The notes under the pieces are model-generated. The model ran no database searches and was not told the origin of the DNA. It worked only from the letters and a program-made list of their open reading frames with translations. Source: Cycas panzhihuaensis (lineage: Eukaryota > Plantae > Cycadophyta). From it: a stretch of DNA of 64,000 nt. The stretch covers positions 235,979,741 through 236,043,740 of the forward strand of contig CM041465.1 in assembly GCA_023213395.1 (NCBI GenBank), written 5' to 3'. Positions 62,028 to 64,000 of this stretch are shown piece after piece. Both the position numbers and the translations under genes were made by a program. The stretch's first letter is position 1; each line of letters begins with the position of its first letter.

Positions 62028-64000
62028 TCACACATAAAATTTCTTAAGGAAATTTCTGTTTATGGATTTGTCAAATTCAAGTCCCTCCAGTGTTGTTATC
62101 CTGTATGCACCATTGTCGAGGCTGTCGAGAATGACAAAGGGGCCCACCCATTTGGGGCCAAACTTGGATAGATGATCATGGTGATATTCAAGCTTGAGGA
62201 CTTGGTCCCTAGGGTTTAGAAGATGAGGACATGAACTTTTGTCATATGTCCTTTACGCACCAACCTTAGAGGCAAGATTTTCTTGGTATGCTGCCAAGTG
62301 TTTCTCATCTAAGGCTTTAAGATCTAGGAGGCGAGCCTAAAAGCATAACTCCTTATTGACAAGACCCCGAAGTGAGATCCATAAGGAGGAGATCTCAACT
62401 TCTAGGGGGAGGATTATTCAGTCCCATATATAAGGGAGAATTAGGCCATCCCCATTGTGATGCAGATAGAATTTCAATAATCCCATAAGATAGAGGGCAA
62501 CTGAAGGTGCTAATCCCTTTAAGATTAAGCTACTGTCTTCTTTAAAATATTAACAAGAGTTTTATTAAATAATTCAATTTGTCCATTGGCTTAGGGGTAG
62601 TAAGGAGATGAGGTCTTGTGAGATATCTTGAACCTTTCACAAAATTCGTCCACCTCTTTGTTGTAGAAAGGAGTGCCATTATCAGTGATTAGGACATTTG
62701 GGACCCTGAATCAGTAGATAATATGCTAGTAAAAAAAAGTGGTAATTATCTTGCTAGTAGTAAATGATAATAGGATTGATTTAGTCCATTTGGTAAAGTA
62801 TTTTATCATGGTAAGAATACATTTATGCTATGACAACAAAGGTGGAGTGATAGCTCTGATGAGATCCAATCCCCAATGGGAGAAGGCCATGGAGAAATAA
62901 TGGGGTGAAGGGCCTCAGAAAGCAAATGGGCCATGTTGGCATGCACTTAGCACTTGCAACAATGCTTCGCATAGGTGTGGGCATCCTTGAAATGGGATGG
63001 CTAGTAATAGGCCATATGGAGGATCCTTTGGGCCATGGATTGGCCCCCAAAATGGCGTCCACAAGTGCTGCCATGGCACTCATGAAGGATTTGGTTTACT
63101 TCATTAATGTTAATGCAATAGAGGAGAATCATGTTAAAGGATCTCTTATACAATACCTCATCTATAAGGAAGTATTGCTTGGAAATGGCCCTAATGCGTG
63201 ACTTTACTTTATTGCTAGCATTAGGAGGGTATCACCATTGGGTAAGATATTGCATAATATCCCCATACCATTCACTTTCAACTAGTGGATGGGGCGATGA
63301 ATCTTAGAGGGCCAGGATGGGCTTATCAGGTAAGGAATCATTAATTAGAAGATTGGAAGGGCTTGGGATGGGGTTTTCAACTAGTTTCTTAACAACAACA
63401 GTTCCTTTCTTTTATTTTCTATTAACGATGTTAAGGTTATATTCTTGAAGGAAGATGGCCCATTTGCTTGTCCTTCTAGTCAAGTTAGACTAGGTTAGAA
63501 GGTACCTCAACAGATTGGATTAGATGATCATGTGGGTGGCATTTCTAAGAAGGTAATGTCTAAACTTCTTAGTCACATGGACCAAGGCTAAACATTCTTT
63601 TTCAATAGGAGGGTAGTTTAGCTCTACTACCACCAATATGTGGTTGATAAAATGTATAGCTTGCTTAGTTCCAGAGTCATCTTCTTAGGCTAACATGGCT
63701 CCTAAGGACTCATCAGTAGCTGAGGTATATAGAATGAATGGGCAATCAAAGATAGGGGACACTAGGATAGGGGCAAAGACCAGGGCTCATTCGAGCTCTT
63801 AAAATGCTTCTTGGGCTTGGGCAGTCCATAGCAATAGGCCACCCTTCTTTAAAAGGTTAGTTAGAGGTTTGTCAATTATGGAAAAGTCTACTAAGAAATG
63901 CCTCAAGAAGCCCAACCTACCTAAAAATAATTTGATTTGACATTGTGTTTTTGGAAAGAACATGTCAATAATAGCTTTGACTTTGTCTGGGACAATCTAG
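62028..64000 (-). pseudogene. Tat/Ogre-like pol 3' half (RT end, RNase H, integrase), truncated by the window edge
   Basis: GRLGFLRHF; FILYTSATDES; KFRHYLL; ECHGSTCGRHFGG; VLITDNGTPF; TSSPYYP*ANGQ; KWVGPFVIL; stop at 62028-62030. Confidence 0.9.

Overview
This is a plant (probably large-genome, non-angiosperm) heterochromatic window made almost entirely of nested, decayed LTR retrotransposons. I found no intact host gene, RNA gene or CRISPR array. The contents are: several related Tat/Ogre-like Ty3/gypsy elements (1-4511 +, 8812-~18600 -, ~18700-36800 +, ~37000-41050 -, ~41055-64000 -); a CRM-like chromovirus (4512-8811); an old 2.1-kb non-autonomous LTR element (22529-24628); an old RT-less copia (27201-31582 -); a young copia (41516-49094 +); and a 461-bp composite insertion (38841-39301). 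The most notable signal is a repeated accessory cassette in the Tat-like family, downstream of integrase. It consists of an antisense, intron-containing plant-mobile-domain (PMD) gene with a coiled-coil second exon (3 copies plus a fragment), a separate sense-strand ORF ending in an archaeal-type RNase H (3 copies), and a recurrent hairpin with a conserved loop. All alignments were done by eye, so boundaries of the old elements are approximate.
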